Origin: Octopus sinensis
Taxonomy: Eukaryota
NCBI RefSeq assembly: GCF_006345805.1
Contig: NC_043002.1
Span: forward strand, 67,518,001 to 67,582,000
Direction: 5' to 3'
DNA: 64,000 nt
In this document: positions 39,331 to 51,099 of the stretch, piece by piece
Layout: each line of letters opens with the position of its first letter
Numbering within the stretch: the stretch's first letter is position 1
The notes under the pieces: model-generated
Databases searched by the model: none
What the model was told of the DNA's origin: nothing
The model's input: only the letters and a program-made list of their open reading frames with translations
Program-made: the position numbers and the translations under genes

Positions 39331-41184
39331 TTAAGCTTCTTAATCACACAACCCACTTTGTACTTGTCTCAAGTATACAAAAGGTTGTGATGGTCATAGC
39401 TAGAACACCTCAGACCAGAGATGTACTTGATCAAAGTTGACCAAAGACTAAACAATAATAACAACAACAACAAGGTTGTTTGAAATAACTAAATTTTGAC
39501 CAGACAGTCGTAATTGGTGCTGTTGGTTTTGGTTTTAATTTGATAGCTTGTTTAGGTAGATAAAATAAAAATAACATCTAAAGACATTTCAATTATAGAA
39601 ATAAGAGCTATGACAACCATTGAATCAGCTAGTTTTGTAACGTATGGTGGATCAGAGACGACTGGGATTAATCACTAATTAATTAGTTTATAATATATGA
39701 GGGTTGTTCTAATCACTGTCTGATGATGTTTGCATTGAGTGCAGTGCAGTAATTAGCACAAGGATTGCTGCACCTATTTAATGCAAATCCACATGGTTGC
39801 AAAGAGACCTTCTTAATGAGGCAGCCATCTTATCTTTTATCTTTTACTTGTTTCATACTGGGGCACCGCCTTGAAGAATTTTTGGTTGAACGAATCAACC
39901 CCAGTACTTATTTTTTGATAAGCTTGGTACTTATTCTACTGGTCTCAAACACCAACACTGGTTGTGAAACAGTGGTAGGGGACAAACAGACACCAACACA
40001 CACACACACACACATGATGGACTTCTCTCAGTCATCTACCAAATCTACTCACAAGACTTTGGTCGGCCCATGGCTATAGTAGAAAACACTAACCCATGGT
40101 GCCACACAGTGGAACTGAACCCAGAATCGTGTGACTGGGAAGCAAACTTCTTACCATGCAGCCATGCCTATGCCTATCTGAATTTTGATTTAAGATATTG
40201 AAGGCAACTACTTTAGATATATTACTAACACTGAGAATCTCTCATTTGACATAAAATGTCTGGAATTTCAAATCATATTTTTATCTCAACGAATATCAAT
40301 CTAATGCTTGAATTTCTATTCTAACACAATTTCTTTAGAGACATCAACACAAGCCTAGTTGCATGGTTAAGAAGTTTGCTTCACAATTCTGTGGTTTCAG
40401 ATTCCATCCCAGTTCTCTACTAGTCTCAAGCTAACCAATGACTTGTTAGTGAAATTTGGTAGATGGAGCCTTCATAGAAGCCTTTTATACACACACACAC
40501 ACACATCTATAATATATATCGAAGCAGTTTTTGTTTCAGTCATTTGACTGCAGCCATGCTGGAGCTCCACCTTCAGTTGAATTAATCGACCACAGGACTT
40601 ATTCTATGTAAGCCTAGTACTTATTCTATCGGCACGGGGACCAGTTAGGCAGGACTGCCTCTGGCACAAGTGCTAGTAAGGCGACGGTGGTAACGATCAC
40701 GCTGGAATGGTGCCCTCTTACGTGCCACCAGCACAGAAGCCAGTTGGCCACTCTGGCAACAATCACGCTCAGAAGGTGCTCTCTGGCAACGATCATGCTC
40801 AGATGGTGCTCTTAGTACCCTACTCGCACGAGCACAAGTGCCACTAAGGCCACGCTGGTAATGATCACACTCAAACGGTGCCTTTTATGTGCCACTGGCA
40901 CGGAAGCCGTTTAGCTGCTCTGTCAACGATCACACTCGTATGGTGCTCTTTGCACCCCGCTAGCACAGATGCCAGTCATCGAATTTGATTTTGGTACCAT
41001 TTATTTACAATTAACATGCAATATCAAGTCAAATTTCAAATCATTTACTGAATATTAATAAGAGTCTTGAGGTATCAATTCATTGAATTAACTAAATTTA
41101 GAAATATAGATAACATTTCATTCTAAAAAATATATCTGAATTGTTACATTTTGTCAACTTAGAGATATAGAATGGAATTTTTAC

Positions 41185-41322
41185 CTTGGCCTCGAAAAAG
41201 TTTTTAGCACCCTTCACTCCTTCTTTGTCCACATCTATTTCCCATACATTTTGATATAACTCATATAGACCACTGTCTGTGTTTAATTCTTCAGCAGCTG
41301 CTTTCCGGAAAATAAGGAGAAA
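41185..41322 (-). CDS. EFHD2: EFHD exon, FLLIFRKAAAEELNTDSGLYELYQNVWEIDVDKEGVKGAKNFFEAK
   Basis: tgtttcag acceptor and AAG|gtaaaa donor; 138 nt, phase 0/0. FLLIFRKAAA and EGVKGAK.FFEAK motifs are conserved in EFHD proteins. Confidence 0.95.
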
Positions 41323-42454
41323 CTGAAACAATAAAATTAAAATTTTCTAACTTTTAATCTTCATTAAAATAACAGATACAATTCATATATTTAAAAAATT
41401 CAACAAACAAATCTGATCGTGTATAATACATAAATTTGATTATTTCACTCATTAAGATTTCATACAAGTAAAGTTACATTTTTCAATTTTAATAACGTGT
41501 TACAATGATATCATCATTGCTAATTTCTTAGTTAATTATTCACAACCTTTCTGAATGTTTTCTAGTTATACTTATCATTAAGTTTTCTTGTAAAACATCA
41601 CCTTTTTAAAAATGATTTCAATAGCCAATTTTTTATATTGGTTCTACAAATGTTAAAACAGATAAATATATTTTGATGTATAGGACATTGTCATGGTAGA
41701 GCTTTCAAATGTTTTGTTTACGAGGATGAGCTGGGTGAGATCTCTGGCACGAAGATAATTTAATGATAGAATACTTGTGAGTGAAACACTGACCCACTGG
41801 TTTGATGCTTCCCAATCATGTGGCTTGGGTTTCAGTCCCATTGACACCTTTGGCAAGTATTCTCTGCTAAAGCCCCAATCCAACCAAAGCCTAGTAGGCA
41901 AATTTAGTAGATGGAAACTAAAAGAAGCCTCTTATACATGTGTGTGTCTGTGTGTTTACAGCTGCTCTCCATGAAAGCCATGAGCAACAAGGAGTGCTTT
42001 TGATCTCACTCCTCTTGTAAACAAATCACTTGCTCACTTCATGCTTTCAAAGATGTGTGAAACAGGAGACACATCATCATCATCATCATCATCATTTAGC
42101 GTCCGTTTTCCATGCTAGCATGGGTTGGACGGTTCAACTGGGGTCTGTGAAGCCAGAAGGCTTCATCAGGCCTAGTCAGATCTGGCAGTGTTTCTACGGC
42201 TGGATGCCCTTCCTAACGCCAACCACTCCGTGAGTGTAGTGGGTGCTTTTTACGTGCCACCCACACCTTACTTGAAAAACAGATGAGGGTTAGTGACAGA
42301 AAGAGCATTTGACTTTAAGGCAAGACTAACACCTCAGACATAGGAAAAAATTGAGGATGTTCTCACTCAGTGGGAATAAAGCCTAGGTAAACTAAATATG
42401 GTAAACAACAAGAACAATGTTAGTTCTATGAAAAAAACATTTTTTTTCTGCCTT

Positions 42455-42860
42455 TAACCCTCCAATGCGGAGTATAGGCCACTTATAATTGAATTCCATG
42501 TTGCATAATTTTTCGCTTCTATATTTATACTCTGCTATGAATGTCCCCCTTTCTCTAGTTCCTTTTGTGTTGATCTACGTCACGAGTTCTTAGGCCTACC
42601 TTTCTTTCTATATCCATCTGGATTCCACTGTAAAGCACTTTTCGCTACATTTGGTGTGTCTTTTCTAATTGTGCTACCAATCCATTTCCACTTTTTCTTA
42701 AATATTTGCTCCCTAATTGAAACTTGATTTGTTTTTTGCCATAGCTCCATATTGCTTATGTGTTCGGGCCATCTAATTTTAAGTATACTACACAAGCATC
42801 TGTTGATGAATGATTGTATTTGCTTATTTGACTTAACATAATATTTAAATTTCCACATTA
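42455..42860 (-). mobile_element. RTE-clade LINE 3' fragment in an EFHD intron
   Basis: FINRCLCSILKIRWPEHISNMELWQKT...KWKWIG...ALQWNPDGYRKKGRPK is typical of the RTE post-RT region. Confidence 0.85.
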
Positions 42861-44522
42861 TCTATTCATGACCAAATTATAAATTCAAAATGACTGACAA
42901 GGCGAAAACACACCCTTATTTTTCTACCTAACTATCAAAGATAATATGCTCTAATTTGAAATACCAACAGGTTGGGGTACAGACTAGATACTGAATCTAA
43001 GACATTGATGAAGTTGGCCTAGATTTTGTTGTGGGGTCATTCATAGCCATATGCAGCAGTTCAAGTGTGCTTGACCCCTGGGTAGTACCATTCAGATGTC
43101 TCTGGAAGATGAACAAATGAAGTGTATCTAATCACAGTAGAACATCATCTAGGCAAGTATCAAAGTAATACATATGCAAACTTTCAGCCTATTACCCAGA
43201 GGCATACCCTTTGCTATTTTTCTGAGATTTTACTATCTGAAGTCTGAGGTATTAGTCTTGTCCTAAAACAATGCCTCTATAATATATTCATCGAACCCAT
43301 AAAGAAATAACAGAGATAGCAACCATAAAAGAAATAACAGAGATAGCAACTTTGTAAAATATTTACAGACAAGCTCTCTGGCTGATATTGCAGTCTTATT
43401 TGAGCACAAGAAACATGGTGACAAGTTTTGTTGAAATATTTATAATTTGGATGTGGCTACCAATTAATTAGAATAATTAGAATAACAAGACAATCCGAAA
43501 TAAGCATGAGAAGTAAGATAAAAAGAAAACAATGGATTTAACATTAAGATTAAGGTTGAAAAACGAGTAACATTTAGTTTAGAAACAGAACAAGGATATG
43601 TATTTTCTTTAAACTAGTGCAGCAGTTTATGATTAATTTAGATGTTGTGAACAAGGTGAATGAATACCAGAAAAATTAACCAAACAAGTAAACAATTATA
43701 AAATTAAAAATAGCAACAAAAATGGACATAACAGCAAATATGCTTTACTGCTACAATAAGAAAATGTGAGAAAAAATACACACAAATATTTACAAACCAA
43801 TTATTTCTTTAAAAACATGATAAAAAAAGCAGTCAAACTACATTAAGGGTATGCGTGTCTGTGGAGTACTCAGCCACTTGCACGTTAATTTTATAAGTTC
43901 TGTTGATTCAATCAACTGGAACCCTTGTCATCGTAACCAACAGAGTGTCAGTTAATTAAAAGAATTTCAATAGCATCATCTGTAAAACGTCCAAGATTAG
44001 TAGTGAAAATGGAAGAAATCTATTTGAATGTTTGCATCAAAATGGACTCCCCTAAAGGCACCTAGGGGCTAGAAACTGGGGAACAGATCATATATATTAC
44101 CAAAGAGCACATACTGTCCATCTGGTTGGCTTCCACAGAGTTTCTGTTGAGCCAATCTCCTTTACAAGACTTGGATTTGACTTGACGCAATTATATGAAA
44201 CTCTCACCTCCAATATGCTGAACAGTGTAATTGAACCTGTAACTACAAGATTATGAAACAAATTTCTTAACTAAATTGCTGTACTGGTCTCTCTCTATGA
44301 TCTGAGTTCTAATTATGCTGGTATTGACAATGTATGACAATGATATACATTTACAACTATCAAACACTGTCAAGACAAGGAGACACAAACATACACATTT
44401 TCACTTTCACTCACACACACACACACTCACTCACACACAAACACACATACACATGTACACACACTTACATACACACACACAACACTACTACTGATTAAAA
44501 ATGTATGAATAACAGGTTGATT

Positions 44523-44887
44523 GGATCTTTACCTTTTGACCAACAGATTTAAAAAATAATTTTTTGTAACTAAACACTTTCAAACTTTGGACACTGGTAG
44601 AATGTGTCATAAAATATCTTGTACTCTTAGTGTTTTTGAGAAAACCTTATATTTAGGAAGTTATTTCACGTTAATGTTGTATTTCAGTAATTTCAACCAA
44701 TCAATGACTTGTATTCAGTTGAATAAAATTACTACAACTTTAACGTGAAATAACTTCCTAAATATAAAGTTTTCTCAAAAATGCTAAGAGTAAAAGATGT
44801 TTTATATGACACATTCTACCAGTGTCCAAAGTTTGAAAGTGTTTAGTTACAAAAAATTATTTTTTAAATGTTGGTCAAATTAAATCC
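44523..44887. mobile_element. MITE-like element with about 150-bp imperfect inverted arms
   Basis: About 44535-44690 is the reverse complement of about 44732-44879, with scattered mismatches. Confidence 0.75.
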
Positions 44888-45145
44888 AGTTGATTTAATT
44901 CAGTTGACTGTACATTAAATCTGACCATAGGCTTTTGTATATAAAAAAACCAAAGTTACTATATTACTTATCCAACAACAAACATACTGAAATTTTCCTT
45001 ATTACATCTACCACACCCATAATTAACATGCATGAATATATGTATATATTTGTGTGTGTGTGTGTGCATGCATGCATGCACACATGCATGTGCACGTTTA
45101 ATATGCTTTGGAAATCTAAATATTCATATCAAATATATCACTTAC

Positions 45146-45293
45146 CTCTCTAAAGTTAATTTTGTTATCTTGATCTTCATCAACTTCTTTAATCATTTCC
45201 TTTAAGGCTAAATGTGTCTGTGGTGCTCCTAGTTTTTCCATCATGACTTTTAATTCTTCAATATCAATAAATTTATCTTTATTGACATCATAT
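45146..45293 (-). CDS. EFHD2: EF-hand domain protein D (swiprosin/EFHD1/2-like) exon with both EF hands, YDVNKDKFIDIEELKVMMEKLGAPQTHLALKEMIKEVDEDQDNKINFRE
   Basis: atatcag acceptor and GAG|gtaag donor; 148 nt. MMEKLGAPQTHL and MIKEVDED are EFHD signature motifs. Confidence 0.95.
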
Positions 45294-46007
45294 CTGATAT
45301 AGACGAAAAAGAAATTGAAAATAAAATTAGTCTTCAAAGGGACATGGGTAATATATAGGCAATAAATATAAAAATTGGCTTCATATTTTGGAATTTTGGC
45401 ACAAAACCAGGAAATTCAAGGAAGGGTGTAAGTCAATTATTTCATCCCCATTGTTTAACTGGTATTTACTCCATCAGGAGTTGAATGTCCAGAGCAATAT
45501 AAGAATTATACAATGCAAATAAATGAATAAAATCAGAGTTCAAATTGTGCTGTAGCCCTTTTTATCTTTCATCTTTTGGGGTAAATAAAGTTCCAATCCA
45601 AACTGTTAGATTGGCAGAACTGTAAGAACATCAAGTCAAATGCCTTGTGGTATTTGTTCTGCTCCTTTATAAATAAATTTACAATCCAAGGCTTGGTAGA
45701 ACTGTAAGAACATCAGATCAGATGCCTTGTGGTATTTGTTTTGAATCTTTGCATTCTGAGTTCAAATCCCACTGTAGTTTACTTTGATAATAGACTTAAT
45801 CCATCAACTGCTTAAACACTTCTGCCTAACACCTTGGGTTGCGTTTAGCATGATCTGCTCTGCTGCAAATGTTTATGCCAGGTCTCTGGTTTGAGAATAT
45901 CTTCATTATTCCCTTCCTCCTACCAGTCTTAAAAGATAAAAAATAAAACTTCTTCCTGAATCATATAGACTCATAAGGATGGTTTTCCAGTTATTTTTTG
46001 TAGCATA

Positions 46008-46414
46008 CTCTCTTTACTCTCTTTTACTCTTTTACTTGTTTCAGTCATTTGACTGCGGCCATGCTGGAGCACCGCCTTTAATCGAGCAACTCGACCCCGG
46101 GACTTATTCTTTTGTAAGCCCAGTACTTATTCTATCGGTCTGTTTTGCCGAACCGCTAAGTAACGGGGACGTAAACACACCAGCATCGGTTGTCAAGCAA
46201 TGCTAGGGGGACAAACACAGACACACAAACACACACACGCATATATATACATATATACGACGGGCTTCTTTCAGTTTCCGTCTACCAAATCCACTCACAA
46301 GGCTTTGGTCGGCCCGAGGCTATAGTAGAAGACACTTGCCCAAGGTGCCACGCAGTGGGACTGAACCCGGAACCATGTGGTTGGTAAACAAGGTACTTAC
46401 CACACAGCCACTCC
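46008..46414 (-). mobile_element. SINE family A, near-consensus full-length copy
   Basis: Reverse complement of the family A sequence with most CpGs intact. Confidence 0.88.
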
Positions 46415-47562
46415 TATTTTTGCTCCAGGATGGGACACCAGTTCATTGCAGGATTACACACTTTTGTCACCTGAGTGGACTGGAACAACATGAAATGGAG
46501 TGTTTTGCTCAAGAACACAACACATCGCCCAGTCCAAGAATTGAAACCATATTCTGATGATCATGAGTTTGACACCCTAAACACTAAGCCATGACCTTCC
46601 ATCCATTAGTCTCGGGGGCTTTTGAAAAGGTCATAGACACTCCTTCCCTCCTGACCATATGATAAATAAAATGATCCGGTTGGTGAAATATAAGTTGTGG
46701 GTGGTACTACCCCACTACTAGGGAAAGGGGTGGGGAAATGGTACTAGGGACAAAGAAGGCAGCAGGGGGTTAAATGATGCATGTTTTAAGCTTAATTTTC
46801 AAAAATATTTCCAATTTTTATTCTATGCATGAAACATCTGGCAATGTAATTAGAGTTGAAATGAGTTTTGACATTCCATATAATAATGATGGAATTACCT
46901 TTGTATAAGTAGTCTTTTAATGGTGATTAACCTGTTGGCTGATTTTGTGATTATTAAATTTTCTTCAACCATAGCAAGAGGGTGTTGAAAGTGTTACTAA
47001 AAGAAAGTGGGCAGTAGCTAAAACGTTTGAGAAGCACTGTTCAAAGTGTTCTCTCTGGTCTAGATCAGAAATATCACCTTAGATCAGAGGTCACTAAACT
47101 ATGGCCCATGGGCCAGATCAGGCCAGTGAGGTCAGTTCAACCAGCTTGCGCCACACTGTACCTTTTGTGTAAGTACCTGCAATGAGAGTTCATTTGTCTC
47201 TGGTATGGCATCAGTGTTTGGAACAACTTATGTCTGTGAGCAAACATTTTCAAAAATGATGTGGAGGCAGCACATCGAATGAGGTTGACTGACGAATATT
47301 TGAAAGTAATTCTCTTGGTTGGATGCAGCAATTCCAAAGCAAATATTGATGATATCTTAAAAGCTAAACACCAGTTTCACAAATCTCACTAACCATTTTT
47401 GATGCTTAGTTTGTAAGGTTTGGATATGTGTGCATTGTGTGTGATATAACTATCTTATTGCTAATGTTGCCTTTCAGTTCTATATTTAAGAGATGAGGAA
47501 TTATGTACATTATTTACATTATTTATAATTGACAGATATTTGTCCTCATCTTGCTTGTTGTT

Positions 47563-47608
47563 AACACAATGTTTCGGCTGATATACTCTCCAATCTTCAT
47601 CAGGTGTC
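47563..47608 (-). ncRNA. Type I hammerhead motif on the opposite arm of the fold-back
   Basis: Reverse complement reads GACAC-CTGATGA-A-GATTG-loop-CAGCC-GAAA-CA-TT-GTGTT; one stem II mismatch. Confidence 0.6.
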
Positions 47609-47841
47609 TTGGGGGAAATTTTGAACCTGGGTTCTCATTCCTAAGGTATTTTTTGTTATCATTATTATTATTATTATTATTCAGTTCACTGCCTGGAAAC
47701 GAATTTGGAATCTTGGGGTTAAGAGCGTAGACAGCCCCAAGATTCCGAGTTCGATTCCAGGCAGTGAATTGAACAATAATAATAATAATAATAATAATAA
47801 TATCGAAAAATACCTTGTGACCAGGTTCAAAATTTCCCCAA

Positions 47842-47887
47842 GACACCTGATGAAGGTTGGAGAGTATATCAGCCGAAATGTTGTGTT
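47842..47887 (+). ncRNA. Type I hammerhead ribozyme motif with intact CUGAUGA core
   Basis: Stem I GACAC/GTGTT; CTGATGA at 47847-47853; extra A; stem II GGTTG/CAGCC; GAAA at 47875-47878; stem III ATGT (CpG-decayed ACGT). Confidence 0.65.
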
Positions 47888-48173
47888 AATAACAAAAAAG
47901 ATGAGGACAAATATCCATCAATTGTAAATAATGTAAATAATGTAATGTTGCCTTCTTTGATAACTTTTTGGTAAATGAATATGTTGGTTGCTTTTATTTT
48001 TTGTTTATTCACCATATTGTATTGAACAAAATGGTTCTGTGGCCCATACTCGTCATCCTCTCAGTTATCTGGCCCACCGTGAAAAAAAGCTTGGTGACCC
48101 CTGCTTTAGATTATAGTGATGAAAGGTGTGCACAACACACCAACGATGAAAAGAAGATATATATATATATATA

Positions 48174-48576
48174 TGGCTGTGTGGTAAGTAGCTTGCTTAC
48201 CAACCAGATGGTTCCGGGTTCAGACCCATTGCGTGGCACCTTGGGCAAGTGTCTTCTACTGTAGCCTTGGGCCAACCAACACTTTGTGAGTGGATTTGGT
48301 AGACGGAAACTGAAAGAAGTCCATCGTATATGTGTATATGTGTGTGTGTGTGTATGTTTGTGTGTCTGTGTTTGTTTCCCCAACATTGCTTGACAACCAA
48401 TGGTGGTGTGTTTACATCCCCGTAACTTAGTGGATCGGCAAAAGGGACCAATAGAATAAGTACTAGGCTTACAAAGAATAAGTCTTGGAGGTGATTTGCT
48501 CGACTAAAGGCGATGTACCAATGTGGCCACAGTCAAATGATTGAAACAAGTAAAAGAGTAAAAGAGTAAAGGAGTA
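48174..48576 (+). mobile_element. SINE family A
   Basis: Family A head, body and AAGAGTA tail. Confidence 0.85.
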
Positions 48577-48933
48577 TATATATATATACATATGACTGGC
48601 ACCCGGCAGATGCCAGGACCCCTGGACTGGTGGTACGTAAAAAGCACTATCCGAATCGTGGCCGATGCCAGCGCCGCCTCGACTGGCTTCCGTGCCGGTG
48701 GCACGTAAATTGCACCAATCCAACCGTGGACGTTGCCAGCCTCGCCTGGCATCTGTGCGGGTGGCACGTAAAAAGAACCCACTACACTCACGGAGTGGTT
48801 GGCGTTAGGAAGGGCATCCAGCTGTAGAAACATTGCCAGATAAGACTGGAGCCTGGTGCAGCCTTCTGGCTTCCCAGATCCCGGTCGAACCGTCCAACCC
48901 ATGCTAGCATGGAGAACGGACGTTAAACGATGA

Positions 48934-48985
<52 letters not shown>

Positions 48986-49083
48986 TATATATACATATAT
49001 ATACATATATATATATACATATATATATATACATATATATATACATATATATATATATACATACATATATATATATACACACG

Positions 49084-49129
<46 letters not shown>

Positions 49130-49148
49130 CATACACATATATATATAT

Positions 49149-49215
<67 letters not shown>

Positions 49216-49264
49216 ATATATATATACACACACATATATATACACACACACACCACACACACAC

Positions 49265-49345
<81 letters not shown>

Positions 49346-49583
49346 AGGGGTTTACTTCACTGGTGATCTAAACAAATAGGTACATTGTGTAAGTGCTATA
49401 ACTGGTTATCTGTTAGGTTCCAAGTTCACAGGTGAGGCTGGAACTAGGGATCTGTAGTAGGCTTCAGAGTTAGCAGGTATATATAAGAAAATGAAGAACA
49501 AAACCAAGGCAGGATGAGTATTTAGATATTCTAAATGACCTCAGATACTCATCCTGTCTTGGTTGTGTTGTTCATTTTCCTTT

Positions 49584-49650
<67 letters not shown>

Positions 49651-49851
49651 AGAGAGAGAGTGCTAGACAGATTGATAGATACCATAAAAGCATATATTCA
49701 AACTTTAACTGCGGTCAACAGCTGTTTCATTAAGATAAACACAATAAAATTACATAATAGTGATACATAATCGATTTAAATTAAATCAATTAAATTTATT
49801 CTGTCATGTTTATATATCAAATCTCTCTCTCTCTCTCTCCCTCCCTCCCTT

Positions 49852-49921
<70 letters not shown>

Positions 49922-50002
49922 TATATATATATTATATATACATATATATATATACATATATATATAAACTGATACTGTGATATATATATATTTTCTGTGT
50001 CC

Positions 50003-50040
50003 CTTTCTGTAGAAGAGCGTAGGCTCGAAACGTAAAAGAC
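50003..50040 (+). ncRNA. Minimal type I hammerhead-like motif (A6U variant)
   Basis: CTTT/AAAG stem I; CTGTAGA-A; GAGC-GTAG-GCTC; GAAA-CG-TA; GUA triplet. Confidence 0.5.
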
Positions 50041-50185
50041 TTTTTCTATTCCTGAGCGTTATACTAATACATCTGTTTGTTTTGTACACCATCTGTCTTC
50101 GTCTTTTGTTTTTTTCGTAAACTCTTCCTATATATATAATATATATATATATACACACACACACAACACACACACACACACACAC

Positions 50186-50264
<79 letters not shown>

Positions 50265-50767
50265 AGGGGTTTACTTCACTGGTGATCTAAACAAATAGGT
50301 ACATTGTGTAAGTGCTATAACTGGTTATCTGTTAGGTTCCAAGTTCACAGGTGAGGCTGGAACTAGGGATCTGTAGTAGGCTTCAGAGTTAGCAGGTATA
50401 TATAAGAAAATGAAGAACAAAACCAAGGCAGGATGAGTATTTAGATATTCTAAATGACCTCAGATACTCATCCTGTCTTGGTTGTGTTGTTCATTTTCCT
50501 TTAAAATATATATATATATATATATATATTATAATATATATATATTATATATATATATATATATAGGGAGAGAGAGAGTGCTAGACAGATTGATAGATAC
50601 CATAAAAGCATATATTCAAACTTTAACTGCGGTCAACAGCTGTTTCATTAAGATAAACACAATAAAATTACATAATAGTGATACATAATCGATTTAAATT
50701 AAATCAATTAAATTTATTCTGTCATGTTTATATATCAAATCTCTCTCTCTCTCTCCCTCCCTCCCTT

Positions 50768-50825
<58 letters not shown>

Positions 50826-50837
50826 ATATACACACAC

Positions 50838-50868
<31 letters not shown>

Positions 50869-50916
50869 CATATATATATAAACTGATACTGTGATATATA
50901 TATATTTTCTGTGTCC

Positions 50917-50954
50917 CTTTCTGTAGAAGAGCGTAGGCTCGAAACGTAAAAGAC
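50917..50954 (+). ncRNA. Duplicate of the 50003 hammerhead-like motif
   Basis: Identical sequence in the second copy of the 919-bp tandem unit. Confidence 0.5.
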
Positions 50955-51053
50955 TTTTTCTATTCCTGAGCGTTATACTAATACATCTGTTTGTTTTGTA
51001 CACCATCTGTCTTCGTCTTTTGTTTTTTTCGTAAACTCTTCCTATATATATAA

Positions 51054-51099
<46 letters not shown>

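Larger units (their letters stand above)
47506..47944. mobile_element. Fold-back Penelope-like or retrozyme-like element, about 215-bp arms and 12-nt loop
   Basis: Arms 47506-47720 and 47733-47944 are reverse complements with scattered mismatches and one 8-nt indel; nested inside a hAT element. Confidence 0.8.
47085..48103 (+). mobile_element. Internally deleted hAT (Charlie/SPIN-like) transposon
   Basis: TIRs CAGAGGTCACTAAAC / CAGGGGTCACCAAGC; 8-bp TSD ccttagat/ctttagat; C-terminal transposase remnants MASVFGTTYVCEQTFSKM and RLTDEYLKVILLVGCSNSKANIDDILKAKHQFHKSH*. Confidence 0.85.
49341..51070 (+). repeat. Tandem duplication, about 919-bp unit x2
   Basis: atgtgaggggtttac starts at 49341 and 50260; unique parts are identical and differences are confined to microsatellites. 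Confidence 0.9.
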
